DNA of 62,225 bases, the filler included, from Circinaria calcarea (Eukaryota), in assembly GCA_051942165.1 (NCBI GenBank). It is 10 parts of 10 records of this genome, joined end to end, with 100 filler letters (N's around TTAATTAATTAA, not from the genome) between each part and the next. Parts side by side here need not be neighbours in the genome. Positions count along the whole stretch, not along the records: positions 18,731 to 24,873 come from JAVECS010001663.1; positions 24,974 to 31,111 come from JAVECS010001664.1; positions 31,212 to 37,346 come from JAVECS010001665.1; 7 more parts are not named here. One strand, 5' to 3'. The translations under genes and the position numbers were made by a program. The notes beneath the pieces were generated by a model, which was not told the origin of the DNA, searched no databases, and saw nothing but the letters and a program-made list of their open reading frames with translations. The first letter of the stretch is position 1; the number at the start of each line of letters is the position of its first letter. Below are positions 22,846 to 35,519 of the stretch, in pieces.

Positions 22846-24401
22846 ATGTCTTCTTCAGGCATCTCCTTTATCGATGACCTGGTTGCCCGCCGGACCGACG
22901 AAGACTATGGCAAAATAAGGTACGTGGCTTGCTCCCGTTTACCGCTCTCAATTTACGCCAACACCTATCCTCTGGAAAGATTCGTCTCTATTCCAGGCTT
23001 TGAGGCTCTCCCAGAAATGCAGCAAACTGCGGTCCTTGCCAAATTAGACCAATTACAGTACGACCCCAGAAACCACAGATTGCCCGGCAGTGTTAAGCTG
23101 ATGTATTGGCTAGACGATTGCAGGACGCACCCTCTGTAAATGCGAATGCTCTTCACGCTCGGCTTGAGTTAATTTCCTCCGTATCCATCCCGGACACATC
23201 GCTGTCCAGATCACCACCGAGTACAGCGCCAACCACACCACCCCCTGACCTCGAGGCAGATAAAGAAGAGCATCGCTTGCTAGAAGAACAAGCCCGCAAA
23301 GATCTAGAAGAAGACGGCTGTCCTCCGTGCTATCCAGCCGACCCTGCATTTCTCATGGAGGATCCCTCGGCGCAATACAAAGAAATAATATTATACTGGG
23401 AATCGTTGCCAATGACCGCGGGCGCGGTACTCTGCGCTCAACTGAAGGACCGGAAGGTATTCCGTAGGTTTCAAGAGAGAAATCGACGATACTATCTGCA
23501 AAGGAAAACTTTCACTGAATTCGAAAATAAGGTCTGCGAACGGAGGCGAAAGCATCAATTTGAAGGGAATGTACACTTACATCCTGACCCAACACAACAG
23601 GCTCAGTTAGAAACCTGGATTGAGTTCCAAGACTACCATCTGCAGATCCACGAGGGACTTGAGAAGGAGGTCCAGATTGAAAGGGAAAATTTGGAAACTG
23701 CACGAACGAAGTTGGAAAATGCAGATTCATCCGAGACTGAACACGCTGCATTCTGCTACGAAGTGAGATTGGCGTCTGCCAGATCAAAATTGAAATTGCA
23801 CGGGGAAATTCTGCTGCAGTGGATCGAGCAACAACGCATAGTGATGGTTACCGCGTTATCCACATCAGGCGATGCTACCGGCAATTGTAACGATCAGGTG
23901 GATCCCATCCGAAAGGCACCCGCTTCTCACCGTCAGAAGAAGAAACCGAAAGCGCATTCGGTTCTTAATCCAGTTCAGTCAGGTATCTCGAAGCATGCGC
24001 CCCGAAAACGTAGTCCGCGACGCCAGAAACCCGAAATACCACGGGAAGCCGATAACATGCCTGCCTACTCGGGCGTCTCTCAGATCAACATATTGCGGAC
24101 GACGAACCTCCGAGAAAGCAAGTCTCGGGGCACCAAGGAAAACGCGCATTTTCTTCCCTTCGGTCCACAGAAGGTAACCAAGACTGCAAAGAAAGCATTC
24201 AAAGCCAAGCAATCGGTTGACATCAACGCGAATTTGCGGGCCATGAGCGGACTCCGCACGATAAGGCAACGGAACCTCACAGAGAAAACACGACCCAGAC
24301 AGCAAAGGCCTGCGCAACAGTGTTTACCGAATATCTATATAACAAAGAGTGGACGGAAATCAAGGAGACCTAAACAACCTGGCTTTGTTTCATATAAATA
24401 A
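22846..24401 (+). CDS. Hypothetical coiled-coil protein with basic disordered C-terminus, divergent from the kinase
   Basis: Exons 22846-22919, 22980-23057 and 23114-24401 splice in frame. Long open exon with GCPPCYP and WIEFQDYHL motifs. Confidence 0.7.
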
Positions 24402-24663
24402 ATATTCGATACCATATAAATATTATTGCAGTGTTTTTTCTTTTTACTCACATCTCCGTAACTCCATGCCTTATTGTAAGGGCGCTGCAATCCTTGGGGC
24501 ACAATGAGGAATATGTTGTGTCCCGATTGGTAATAGCCCGGCTACATAGGGTGTAGTTAAACTGTTGCCCTAGGCTCAATATAAAAGGAGTATATTGAAC
24601 TCGTTATGGTTCTATAAGCATGCCATTCTAAAGAGCGGGAATAGCCTGCTATATATAATGCCT

Positions 24664-24745
24664 TGCTCACCCTGCTCACCTTCATGAGCATACTGAGCAA
24701 CCTCCGTGCTCACCTTGCCCACTCCCCTGAGCATACTGAGCAACC
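24664..24745. repeat. Cluster of direct and inverted TGCTCA/TGAGCA motifs
   Basis: TGCTCACC three times and TGAGCATACTGAGCAACC twice within 82 bp. Confidence 0.7.
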
Positions 24746-24973
24746 GGTCCAGGGGTTCCTCCGTTCCGGAGCTAGTCTTGCCTTAGTATGGCACGCACGC
24801 CATAACAGGAGGCAAAAGGACATCAACTTTTAAATAGCGACGAAATAAGATTTCAGAGCAGCCATAATAATACNNNNNNNNNNNNNNNNNNNNNNNNNNN
24901 NNNNNNNNNNNNNNNNNTTAATTAATTAANNNNNNNNNNNNNNNNNNNNNNNNNNNNNNNNNNNNNNNNNNNN

Positions 24974-25451
24974 GTTGGCCAGCGATAAGGGTCTAGGACC
25001 GGAATCAAGAGCATGGATAGGCTGGGCAAATATACTGGGAGCGTGGACACTGTTTCCGTTGCTAAAAAGGGATGAACTCAGGATACCTTACGCTGTACTC
25101 ACACTATTATGGGCATTCCTCCTCGGCTTACCCCCAACTTCCATAAATCTCTATATGCCAGGCCAACCAGGGCTGTTTGCGGCTACAAAGTTCCTACACC
25201 TAGCCTTTTACGCCGCAATGTTGGTGTGGCACGGTCTAGAGGCTTTCATTCCTACACCAGTCGGAAAACCGGATTTGTGGGTCGTTGTCAATGTTCTCAT
25301 TGGCGCCGCTGGATTCGGAATTTGCTGGCTTTGGTGTACGTGGCAGTTGATACTGAAGAGCGGGATTATGGAAGACTACTTTGGGGTGAGAATACGACTA
25401 AACGCAGCCGCAAACCAGAACGGGAAGTTGAAGCAGAAGAAGATAGAATGA
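24974..25451 (+). CDS. ALG6: Dol-P-Glc:Man9GlcNAc2-PP-Dol alpha-1,3-glucosyltransferase, C-terminal part
   Basis: WANILGAWTLFPLLKRDELRIPY, KPDLWVVVNVLIG and a C-terminal KKxx ER-retrieval signal (KKIE). Confidence 0.85.
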
Positions 25452-28400
25452 GGTTTATATGAATGTTCATAGGATGATCATGGGGAGGATTCTCATTTCG
25501 CCCGCTAAATACCCATTCGCATTTGATAGTGTAGTATCTTTATTCAGCCAAATATAAAATATAGTTGGTGGGCGACGGTGTTTCAATTTGTGGTAATAGA
25601 GGAGGCGAGTCTCACTGTAATTAGAAAGAACTTCTCAACCAATGGGTCTTCTCGCAGTTAAGGTAGATGATAGTGGCCCTTTAATTAGCCTGTCATTCCG
25701 CTTCACATGTGTAAGCAAATCTGGGTATAGAAATGATGCTCTAACCAAGCCGGTACTACCAATGTGACACTTGTCGAGTCAATCGGCTATACCCGAATAA
25801 TTATTTACCATACCGTATACCCTAATCGCTTATGCACACTAGACGCGCACACACGGTAGGCGATAGCCGCCAAATTTCACGCACACACATTTTGATTAGC
25901 CGAGTTTGTCCCGGAAACAACGTCCCTCTAAACATGGCATAACTGTATTCCTTCATGTATTGGGCCCAGGTATAAAAATTGGTCCTGGGTTAAAAGGCGG
26001 ATGCAATAGGTCACGCACTACTTTTCAGCAGTTTTCTATGGTTTGACGCCTTGGAGTTGCTTCCGTGCGGAGGTTTGACAAACTCGGTTATTGCTGAAAT
26101 TGTTCCCCGTGTGACGGATCAGACCTGGTTGATGCTCCATCTTACGTCCACTGAGTAAAAATACTCATATATACAGTGATGACAGGAGATAAGTCTGTGA
26201 AGCGGCTTTTCGCCAGGTCTCTTGCCAGAGACGTTGAGGGACCACGATAAGGCATTTCAATAACTCACAAGAACGTGAAGGCACTAATTACATCCCAACT
26301 CGTATGCTAAAACGTCTCTATAAAATTTGATATAGCTACTGGAGGCTCGAAGACGCATCAACATATAGAGCATAGTATCAGAACAGAAAGATGATTCATC
26401 GAGAGCCGTATCAACATATACAGAAAGAACATCTCCAAAGAGCACGGGAGGGCAATATGTTAACGAAAGAAGGAATCGATCGCATTGCTTCGTCAGATGG
26501 ACACTGATACGGGGAAGATTCTTTCCATGTAATGGATACCAATATTCTATTCAGCATTGGCATTTACCGGTCCAATTCAAAAGGAGGGTTTCAGTTGGAC
26601 CTGTAAGACCACACTTCCCTCTGTTTGGTTGAGTTGAGTCTGACAGTCAAATCCGCCGGTTTACTTGCTGATGCATCCTCCCCTAATAGAAAAACAAGCC
26701 CCTTGCGTTAGGGCACAGAACGTAAAGAGAGACCTGCGTTCTTCATGTCCCATGAAATCTCCCCGATACTGCTACTCCATTGATCATGGAGGGGATGCCC
26801 TAGCGGACGTCAACATGAAGTAAGTCATCACGACCGTGAGCAATCTTATTCGGCATGCCGGTGGTAAATCATTAAAGTCGTGCGCTGTCTGCACCTGTTG
26901 ATAGCAGTGCTACTACGAGGAGCTCGGAGATCACATCCTCATATTCGCTTTATTTTTCAGGTTACCCGAGAGTTGAAGTAAATCAGAACATGCCTGTCCT
27001 TGAGACTGGAGGATGGAGTTGGCGCAGTGTATACATCATGTTCAGAGTTGACACGGGGACTTTTTCAGAGTTGATGGTGACTCATTCAAGTAGCCTTCTA
27101 TTCGCGGGAATCAGTAGCCGTTGTTTGAGGATTCATACCCTATATTGATCATTGGTAAGTACAGGCTTACAGATTTGAAAAATCTCTTTCCCCTTAATAC
27201 TATTGGTTCTTTGGCTTGTTCAAAGCACACTAACTCTTTCTTTTTCTTGATGGTGTCCTTTGCTCTGGCTGGTAATATTGCATGCAGCTTGTCCTCTGTA
27301 ATGTTTGATATAATAGGAATGCTAATACATTAGATATAATTTCGTCTTCATGTCAGCACGAGCATTGAGTATTCATGTCATGCAGAGCATTTTTTGGTTT
27401 CAGAAAAAGGTCTGATTCTTTTTTAATTATCAGAAAATATCCTGGGTTACTTAATCCGCTTAACCCTTAGCGACAGAAAACATGAAAACGCCAAGCTTGC
27501 TTCGCTAACCATTCACCACGTGGATTGTACGCCTTTGCTTCTCAGGCGATGTTTAACACTTATTAGACCTTACCATTCTAAGATTTTTATCTTATTCGAG
27601 CAATCCTCGTACATCAACAAATTGCAACTGAGCTGCTCGATAACTCGCCATAGGTAGGTAATACATAAGAGTCACTTGCAATTGTAGTAGTCTAAATCTT
27701 CGAAACTAGACTCTTTCTATAGACTCTAAATCTAACTCGTTGGTGTTGGAGCCTTTTTCACCAGAGATTATGTACTCTACGAGTAAAGTTACCCTATCGC
27801 CATCACCCCACTTCGGTCTCACTGTAAAATCCATGGACAACTATTACAAAGGCAGCAAGATGGCTCCTACTTCCAATCCTGCTATTCTCAGCGACTTACG
27901 CGACTGTCCTAACGTTACGGTTTCCGACCAGAGAGTGATTTCACAAGAGACTCTGCCGAAGCAAGGGTTCTGTCGCAAGCGGGCTGCGGAGCATCAGGAC
28001 GATCATCAAATCCGCTCTATAAAACGAAAGCTTGAACAACATGACGGCGTGGATGAGGATAGGCATGAACTAACTAGCTCTTCTGCATGGCCTGGTAATC
28101 GATGTGCGAGTAAAGCAAGCAGCACCAAAAGCTCCTTCCAAGGGAAAGACCGACGCGTCGATCCACACCTTAGGGACGGAGCATCCAACATGTTCCATTA
28201 GACGCCCGGGTCACAAGGCTCACAGCTGTGCACCACCTATCCGGCCGACCATATAGTCAGAACCTTCTTCTAATCACCGCACAACGGAGGCTCTTGGTGC
28301 CAATAAGCCAACAGCCACGAATAATGCTTGCAAACTCCGTCCAAAGTTGGCTCCTTTCTTTCTTCCTCAACGCCAGGGAGCAGATATTGTCGATACTACT

Positions 28401-29621
28401 CCAGCTACAACAGCATGCCCGAATGATCAGGTGTCTTCTCCAAATTGTGTTCCATATCTTAGGCCGTCCTTAACCGGAGGGAACACTACTACACCCTAGC
28501 CTATCAACCTGCAACTCAACTCCTCGTTTATTGCAACTTCGGGTCAATTCTCCTTACAATCAACAGTCTCAGCTCTCGCCTATAATGACTTTCCTCAAAC
28601 CAAGTCTTCTCTATCACAAACCAGGCCATATCCGCGGATGCCAGTACGGCCAGCGGCCTCACCGTTTGTAGAGTATATGTCATTCGAACAGTACTCGAAG
28701 CAGGTGCTCGGAGTTACGGCCGGTGATTCCATAGATCAGCGATCACTGTCAGATGCAAATCGTACTCCCGCTCAGAGTAACCCTACGCCTTCTTTTCCGG
28801 CCTTCAATGCCGCAAATTCAATTGTGACCAATTAGATCATATACCCTGGTGGAAAAAGTCTCTATCCTTCGTTACAAACTCCATTCCAACAGTTAAACGC
28901 ACGGAAGGGTAGTTGGGATGAGGGGGAGGAGGACTTCGACTTCTGCTGGGCATCATGATATGCTTCGGGATCTTGTGAGAGCTCCTGGTACCCATAGCTG
29001 TGGCCAGCATCTTCCCTTCGCAGCTTCAGAAGTGTAAGGGAGAATAGCGAACAATGTCCTTTTTGTTATCTGGCGCTGGATCTGTTTGGTTCTGGGACAA
29101 GACTGGAAGGGAATGCTTTGTAAGAGACCCTTTATCCTTGAATCTACGAACATAAGAGTAGTAGTTGTGCGTATTACGATTGGAGGGTATTTCCCCTGGC
29201 GATATGTTTAAATGGAAGAGTAGCATCGATTAGTTCCCCGCATGCCAAAACTTCATAAAGTAGAACACTCTAAGAAGCGCTGTACATGACTAATGTGAGA
29301 GCGGAATTTGGGTGTTCGGAATAGATACAACTTTGAAGGTGGAGTGATCTCTGTTAGACCCTCTTCTCCATCTAAAAATAACCTACATTTAACTCATACT
29401 GTTATTTCCGCTGGATCGACGCAGCATTGGTGCCGATCCTCCGTAGTTGCTAAAGGATGAGGAAGTTGCTCTAACGTTCATGCGACTGCTGTAGTAGTTT
29501 ATGGGCTAAGGTGGGAGGCACGCCTACAATGAGTCAGAGCCAGCCATGGGCTACACGAATCCGATGTTGGCCTGGGGTGAAGTGACAAAGTCGACCAGTC
29601 TTGGAGCTTAAGCCAGCAAAA

Positions 29622-30501
29622 ATGTACCCTACGCATCCACGAAGTACGGTCAATCGATTGAAGAAGAGGGGTACGATATCGCCGCTCGCAGTTTCGTCTC
29701 CTCACTGTTTGTTTACAAGCCCGAAGGAATTCAGCTAACCATGCTCTGTCACTTCCTGTAGCTGTCTATGAATACTCCACAATCCACAGCATTGTCAACT
29801 CCGCATCTATTATCCATGTCTCCTTCGTCCCATCTCCAGACGACCCTTTTCCAACCACCCTCCCCATGCTCGGGCACATGGGTAACTTCTCATCCCCCGA
29901 TGCGGATCCTGCCACAGAGCCTTTAGACCTTTACATTCACGGCTATATATCTTCCCGCCTGATGCGCTTGCCAGAGAATGCCCCTGAGCGGATAGACACC
30001 GAGGAGTCCGGCCTCCCAGTCTGCGTCTCAGCGGCCCATCTGGATGGCATCGTCCTCGCACTCACACCTTTCCACAATAGTATGAATTACCGCTCTGCAG
30101 TCCTCCACGGCTACGCCCAACCCGTTACAGGCGCAGAGGAGAAGCTATGGGCTATGCAACTCATCACCGAGGGCATTCTTCCCGGAGGATGGAATAACGC
30201 CAGGGTTCCGCCAACCCAAGCAGAGTTACAGTCGACCCAGATCCTTCGTGTAAGAGTTAAAAGCGCAAGTGCTAAAGTCAGGGCAGGAGGACCGAGTGAG
30301 GATAGGAAGGATTTGAAGGATGCGGAGTTGAGGAAAAGGGTGTGGACGGGTGTTGTGCCGGTTTGGGAAATGTGGGGGGAGCCGATAAAGGCGGAGGAGA
30401 ACGAAAAGGAAGGGGGGTTGCCGGAGTATATAAGGCGGGTTGAGGAAAGTGGGAACGAGGCAAGGAGATCGCATGCAGAGAGAGCTGTCAAGGAAACGTA
30501 A
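29622..30501 (+). CDS. Flavin-nucleotide-binding split-barrel protein (pyridoxamine 5'-phosphate oxidase-like / NimA family)
   Basis: Exons 29622-29670 and 29762-30501. Motifs STVNRLKKRA-Y, IHVSF, LYIHGY-SSR, DGIVLALTPFHNSMNYRSAVLHG, SAKVRAGGP and VWTGVVP. Confidence 0.88.
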
Positions 30502-30918
30502 AGGGATGATGAGATGGGAGGCGACCTGGCTCGATTGATTCTTGGCAGAAGCTTCTGCTATAATATCTTCTCTATTTGAGATCATATGTTTATCTCCTAT
30601 GCATTATGCTTTCTTGTATAAAAGAAAGTGCTCATTCTATTGGGCGCTGGAAGACTGGCCACTTCATTTACTGATCATGTACTTTGAATTATAATGTTAA
30701 GATAATTTACTGATCATGTAAACAAATATTATACACGCTCGTGAATGAAGCCACTCAATCGATTTTCAAAATCACGTCGATATATTTAGATAGGGCTGCA
30801 CTATCATAGGGCTGTCAGGCCATTTTGCGGATCGGTAAAACCCAACCCCCGAGGTTGCTACATGCAAAAGGTACTCGTCTCGATCTATGTACGTATCGTT
30901 CCTTCAACGTGAAACATT

Positions 30919-31111
30919 ATGGGCCACGACACGAAGAAACGATCGCATGAGCAATTTGCCCAGGATACCAAGCTTGATGCAGAAATAAATCAGAATTTTG
31001 GGATAGCATCGACCCTTGCCCATATCCGAAATCCTGAATCTCACCTGGGAGATGGTAGTATCGAAAACCCAAGCTCCGAGGAGTGGGTAACCGTAGACAG
31101 ACGTTCGAAGA
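30919..31111 (+). CDS. N-terminus of a truncated protein (weakly reminiscent of fungal Rex1-type RNA exonuclease N-termini)
   Basis: ATG-initiated frame open to the contig end (GIASTLAHIR..EWVTVDRRSK). No catalytic domain visible. Confidence 0.35.
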
Positions 31112-31211
31112 NNNNNNNNNNNNNNNNNNNNNNNNNNNNNNNNNNNNNNNNNNNNTTAATTAATTAANNNNNNNNNNNNNNNNNNNNNNNNNNNNNNNNN
31201 NNNNNNNNNNN

Positions 31212-31568
31212 ATGTGCAAAATCTCCGAAGGTCTCCAAGCTATCAAAGATGCCGGCTTCACCTTGGAACTCCACGAAGACTTGGCAGATCGATCGGACTG
31301 CAAGCCGTGGTACTATCCGCTTGCTGGGGATTTCAGCATGATGGGGAGTGTCTGGGATTTACCAACGATTGCCAGGATGCACAAGTACGGAAGAGGGGCC
31401 CTCCACAGGCTTGTTGGTGGCCTGGAGAGGCTGGGGGTCGCCTCGAAAGGAACCCAAAAGACGGCGGATAGCTTGGCGAAGGCTGCGGATTCCCTGGTGG
31501 CTGGTGGGAAAGAGAAGCTCTTCACGCCAATGTACTTGATGATTGGGAGGAAGCCTTATGAGAACTAG
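31212..31568 (+). CDS. ERG6: Sterol 24-C-methyltransferase, C-terminal part
   Basis: AGFTLELHEDLADR..PWYYPLAGD..GTQKTADSLAKAADSLVAGGKEKLFTPMYLMIGRKP is the sterol methyltransferase C-terminal domain. Confidence 0.93.
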   Translation: MCKISEGLQAIKDAGFTLELHEDLADRSDCKPWYYPLAGDFSMMGSVWDLPTIARMHKYGRGALHRLVGGLERLGVASKGTQKTADSLAKAADSLVAGGKEKLFTPMYLMIGRKPYEN

Positions 31569-31995
31569 CTTTTGGGCATGTTTGGCGGCCTGCTGAAGGA
31601 TTCCCTTTGTTTACATTTGATTAGATTCTGTGTTCTCCTCATCTTCACCACTGACTGTCAGTAACAGCAAGGGAGGCAGCGACTGCTACTGAGGTCGACA
31701 CTGCATTGCGCTGGTGGGAAAGAGGGTTCTCTGTATATAGAGGCATTAGAGGCAGAGCAGTCATCATCGTTACACTCAAGTACATGATCAGCAATTCACT
31801 AGACACAAGGCAATACTACCCCAGTCAACATTCTCCTCGTTAGATTAATGGGTTGCACCAAACCAGGTTTCTCCTCTCTCAGTCATTCAACTCATTTATA
31901 TCACTTCATCGGCGATGCAGGTTCTCCCTTCTTTCACTCACAAAAGCAGACCCAAGATCCAAATCTGCCACTGACCCAAATCGCCCACCAACCCA

Positions 31996-33342
31996 TCACG
32001 GCCTCAAACCCCCCACATCCGCACTCATCTCCCTCCCCTCCACCATCTCCGCCACACACTTCCCCGTCCCCAAACTCAAACTGATCCCCCACGGCCCGTG
32101 CCCCGCCGCCACCCACACCCCACCTTCACCTTCACCTTCCTTCCCTCCTCCCTTCCCAAGTCCCAACCGCGCATCCGCCATCTTCCCTACCACCGGCGTG
32201 CCCCGTTCCGTCACGGGCCGGAAACACAATCCCTCCCTCAGGATCTCCAGATCATCGTCCCCGTCCTCCTCATCGCTGCCTAACAATCTCCTCGCCGTGT
32301 TCTTGAGGATTCCGATACTCCTCTCGTCGATCTGCCGATCCGTCGCGATCTCCGGCAGCGGCATGCTGGCCGAATTCAGCCCCGCGATGTAAATCTCCCC
32401 GCCGACGCGGGAGAAGACTTCGGGGCTGTATCCCCTCTCATCCGTCGCGAAGACGGCATGGCAACCGCCCGTGACTGCATGTTTATCGTCGCCGGTTTTC
32501 CAGCGCGGGGAGCGGATGAGCAGGGAGTACCCGGCCAAGCTGCCGATGATGGGAGTAGGGCGCCTGGAGGCGGGGAAGAGGGTCCGGAAGACGCGGGAAG
32601 TCCAGGCGCCGGCAGTGACGATGAGGCGGGTGCAGGGGATGTCGGTGGCGTGTGAGGGGTTGGTGGTAGAGGCGATGCGGATGGAGGAGAGGACGCCAGC
32701 AGGGGATTTGGAAATGGAGATTGGGCGGGCGGGTTGGTGCAGGTGGACGCCGCGAGCTAGGGAGGTGGAGAGCAGGAAGTGGGATAGGCGGAGAGGATCA
32801 CTAGCAATCGTTTACATTAGTTCCTTATAGTATGAATTCGAAGAAGTACAGCTATAGTAAGGGAAATATGCATATAAGGCGGGAACAAACACCTGAGCGG
32901 TACTGTCTCCCTCACTGATGACCTCCACTTTTCCATTATTTCGCTTTGCCAGCCACGCCGGGCCTTTTCCAGATACAAACTCATGTGCACCCGCTGATTC
33001 TGCCCGGCTATTGCCCTCCCGAAACCAGGCCTCCCCTCGCTCGCCTCGTTTGGATACCAAGGAAGTCCCTGTACTTCGACTGTAACCCCATTTCTCCCAC
33101 CCGTTGTTCTCCTCGGCTAGTTGCTTGTGGAGGTCGAAACTCAAGGCGCCAAGAGGAGCCACGGAGCCTTCAAACCAGTCGCGCGCGAGAAAACCAGCCG
33201 CGTAGCCAGAGGCAGATGCAAATAATTCCGGACATGATTCAATAAGATGAATGCTGGACGGTGGGGTGGTGGACGAGGATTCTGATAGATAGTAAGCTGT
33301 CGATGAACCTATTATGCCAGCGCCAATGATGACTGTCGCCAT
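31996..33342 (-). CDS. FAD-dependent oxidoreductase, DAO family (Tda3-like)
   Basis: VIIGAGIIGSSTAYYL, ASGYAAGFLA, TAQVDP, LCFRPVT and AAGHGPWGISLSLGTG. Intron 32801-32890. Confidence 0.9.
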
Positions 33343-33519
33343 AATATATCGGGAAGCTTGAGATATTTTTAACAAATAGAATGAGTTATGTACAAAATTT
33401 GGAAAGCAATGTAATTCTCATCGATTTCACCCCACTGACGCTATGACGTTGCAAATTCCGAAAAGCCATCACAATTCCCCAGGATAAGAAAACAATCACT
33501 CCCACCAATTCAAAATCCG

Positions 33520-34435
33520 ATGGCTACAAAAACAATCATTATAACTGGAGCTTCGCGAGGTAAATAGCCTCAGAGTTCAATAGAAATGGAGCTGGCTCTG
33601 ATGTGATTAATTAGGCATTGGTCTTGCAATTACCAAATACCTTCTTAAAGATGGCCATCATGTAGTTGCTGTTGCAAGAAGCAAGGCGCCGCTTGAACAA
33701 CTTCAAGCCGAGCATCCAAAGCAAGTACGAGTGCTAATTGGTGACCTGGCCAATTTCTCATTGGCCAAGGAAGTGGCCGATTTGACCATACGAGATTTTG
33801 GACAAATCGACGGCCTAGTCATCAATCATGGAATTTTACCGCCCGTCACTACGGTTGAAGAATCCAAAGCTGAAGCATGGAAAAAGACATTTGACGTAAA
33901 CTTCTTTAGTGCCGTTGCTCTAGTAAGCCATAGGTCCGATAACACCGTAAGATCGTAACACTGACGGTCCCGAGGCCCAAGCCACAATACCAGCCCTCCG
34001 CAGAAGTCAAGGTCGCATCATCTTCACTTCTTCCGGTTCAGCTGTCAAAGGCATGAGTACGTGGGGCGCGTACGGTGCATCAAAGGCCGCATTGAACCAT
34101 CTTGCTCAGACACTGGCTGCCGAGGTAGAAGAGGTCACCAGCGTGTCTATTGCACCTGGGGTTGTTGATACGGAGATGCAGAGAGAGCTGCGTGATGTCC
34201 ACTCTTCCTCGATGAAGGAGCAAGATGCAGCAAGGTTTCACAACTTACATAAGGAAGGCGGTCTCCTGAAACCAGAGCAGCCCGGGAACTTGATGGCGAG
34301 GCTAGTACTTAATGCCCCCAAGAAGCTCAGTGGAAGATTTATTAGGTATGATACCCACCCGAATATCTCCATTGGCATCACTGATCAATGGCTAGATGGG
34401 ACAATGAGGATCTTGAAGCATTTCATGACAAGTGA
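33520..34435 (+). CDS. Short-chain dehydrogenase/reductase (sepiapterin/benzil reductase-like)
   Basis: TGASRGIG, IFTSSG, YGASK (YxxxK) and PGVVDTEMQ. Three introns. Confidence 0.9.
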
Positions 34436-35519
34436 CTTGTCTGTTTGCAGAGTGTTGGACCTATTTCAAGGACACGGTCAGCCATGGTCTTCATATAGAT
34501 ATCTAGAGAATTTGCTAGAAACCAAGGCCTCAGTTGAAAGATGAAAAGACTCGATTTATCTACCTTCGATGTCGACGACATCTTCAGGATTAGCATAGAA
34601 TATTTTTTAGCATCATAAGCTTAGAGCAAGAGATAGAAAATTCTGATCTTACCAGTAAAAGCACTTTCCTGTAATACTCAGATTTAGTATCCTCCAACCC
34701 TAGAGATGTACAACGTTAGTAATGTTACCAAGTACATAAGATACTCTGAGATTTTATATTTCAAGGGCATGAGTTCAGGTAATCGAACCAGGTTGTTCGT
34801 CATTGTAGATCAGTATTTGATAGTACTTGTGTTTTGTTCATCTTTTTATGCGTACGGGCAAGCAATCTGGAGGGAAAGGAATCTCACGCACAGCTGACTC
34901 CATCAAACCTCGATAGGTAAATATTAATACAGGTTCATGTGGTCTCCCTCTAAATAATAAATCTACATTGTATTAGCCCGAAGTCTTCTCAATGTACGGC
35001 GGGTTCGACAATGGGTGATTGTATAGATCAGATAGTCCGTTTGGCTAGGACAGGTACGTCACCATTGAAGCAGAAGCTCAAATAGTCTGATAGGGGCGAC
35101 ACGATGTTCATCATGATAGGGTGGTGGTTTGCAGCTATGAGTCTTGCAATTGAGAAAGAACAAGAACGAACATACCATTACTTATCACATCACCTCCACA
35201 GGTTAAGACTTTGACATTAGCTATCCACGCTCACAAAAGTCATCCAGAGGTCTGCGCGTCTGGATTGGTCGTGATTATCTCTTGTAGATGATTGTGAATG
35301 GGCATGAAAAGCCAGAAGCTTTTCTGAGGAAGTTTGTGAAGCTTGACCGGCCGGAACCATGGCGGCCCGACAGAAGCCCTTAAAGTGTTTGACTGTGAAT
35401 GCCTATTCTTGCCAAGATATGCATCAAATACAGACCGTATGGTCAGAGCCTAGAGCTCCCAAGTTTGCAGATGGTGCTGGAGCGTATTTAATGTCCGTCT
35501 GAAACACAACAACTTCATC

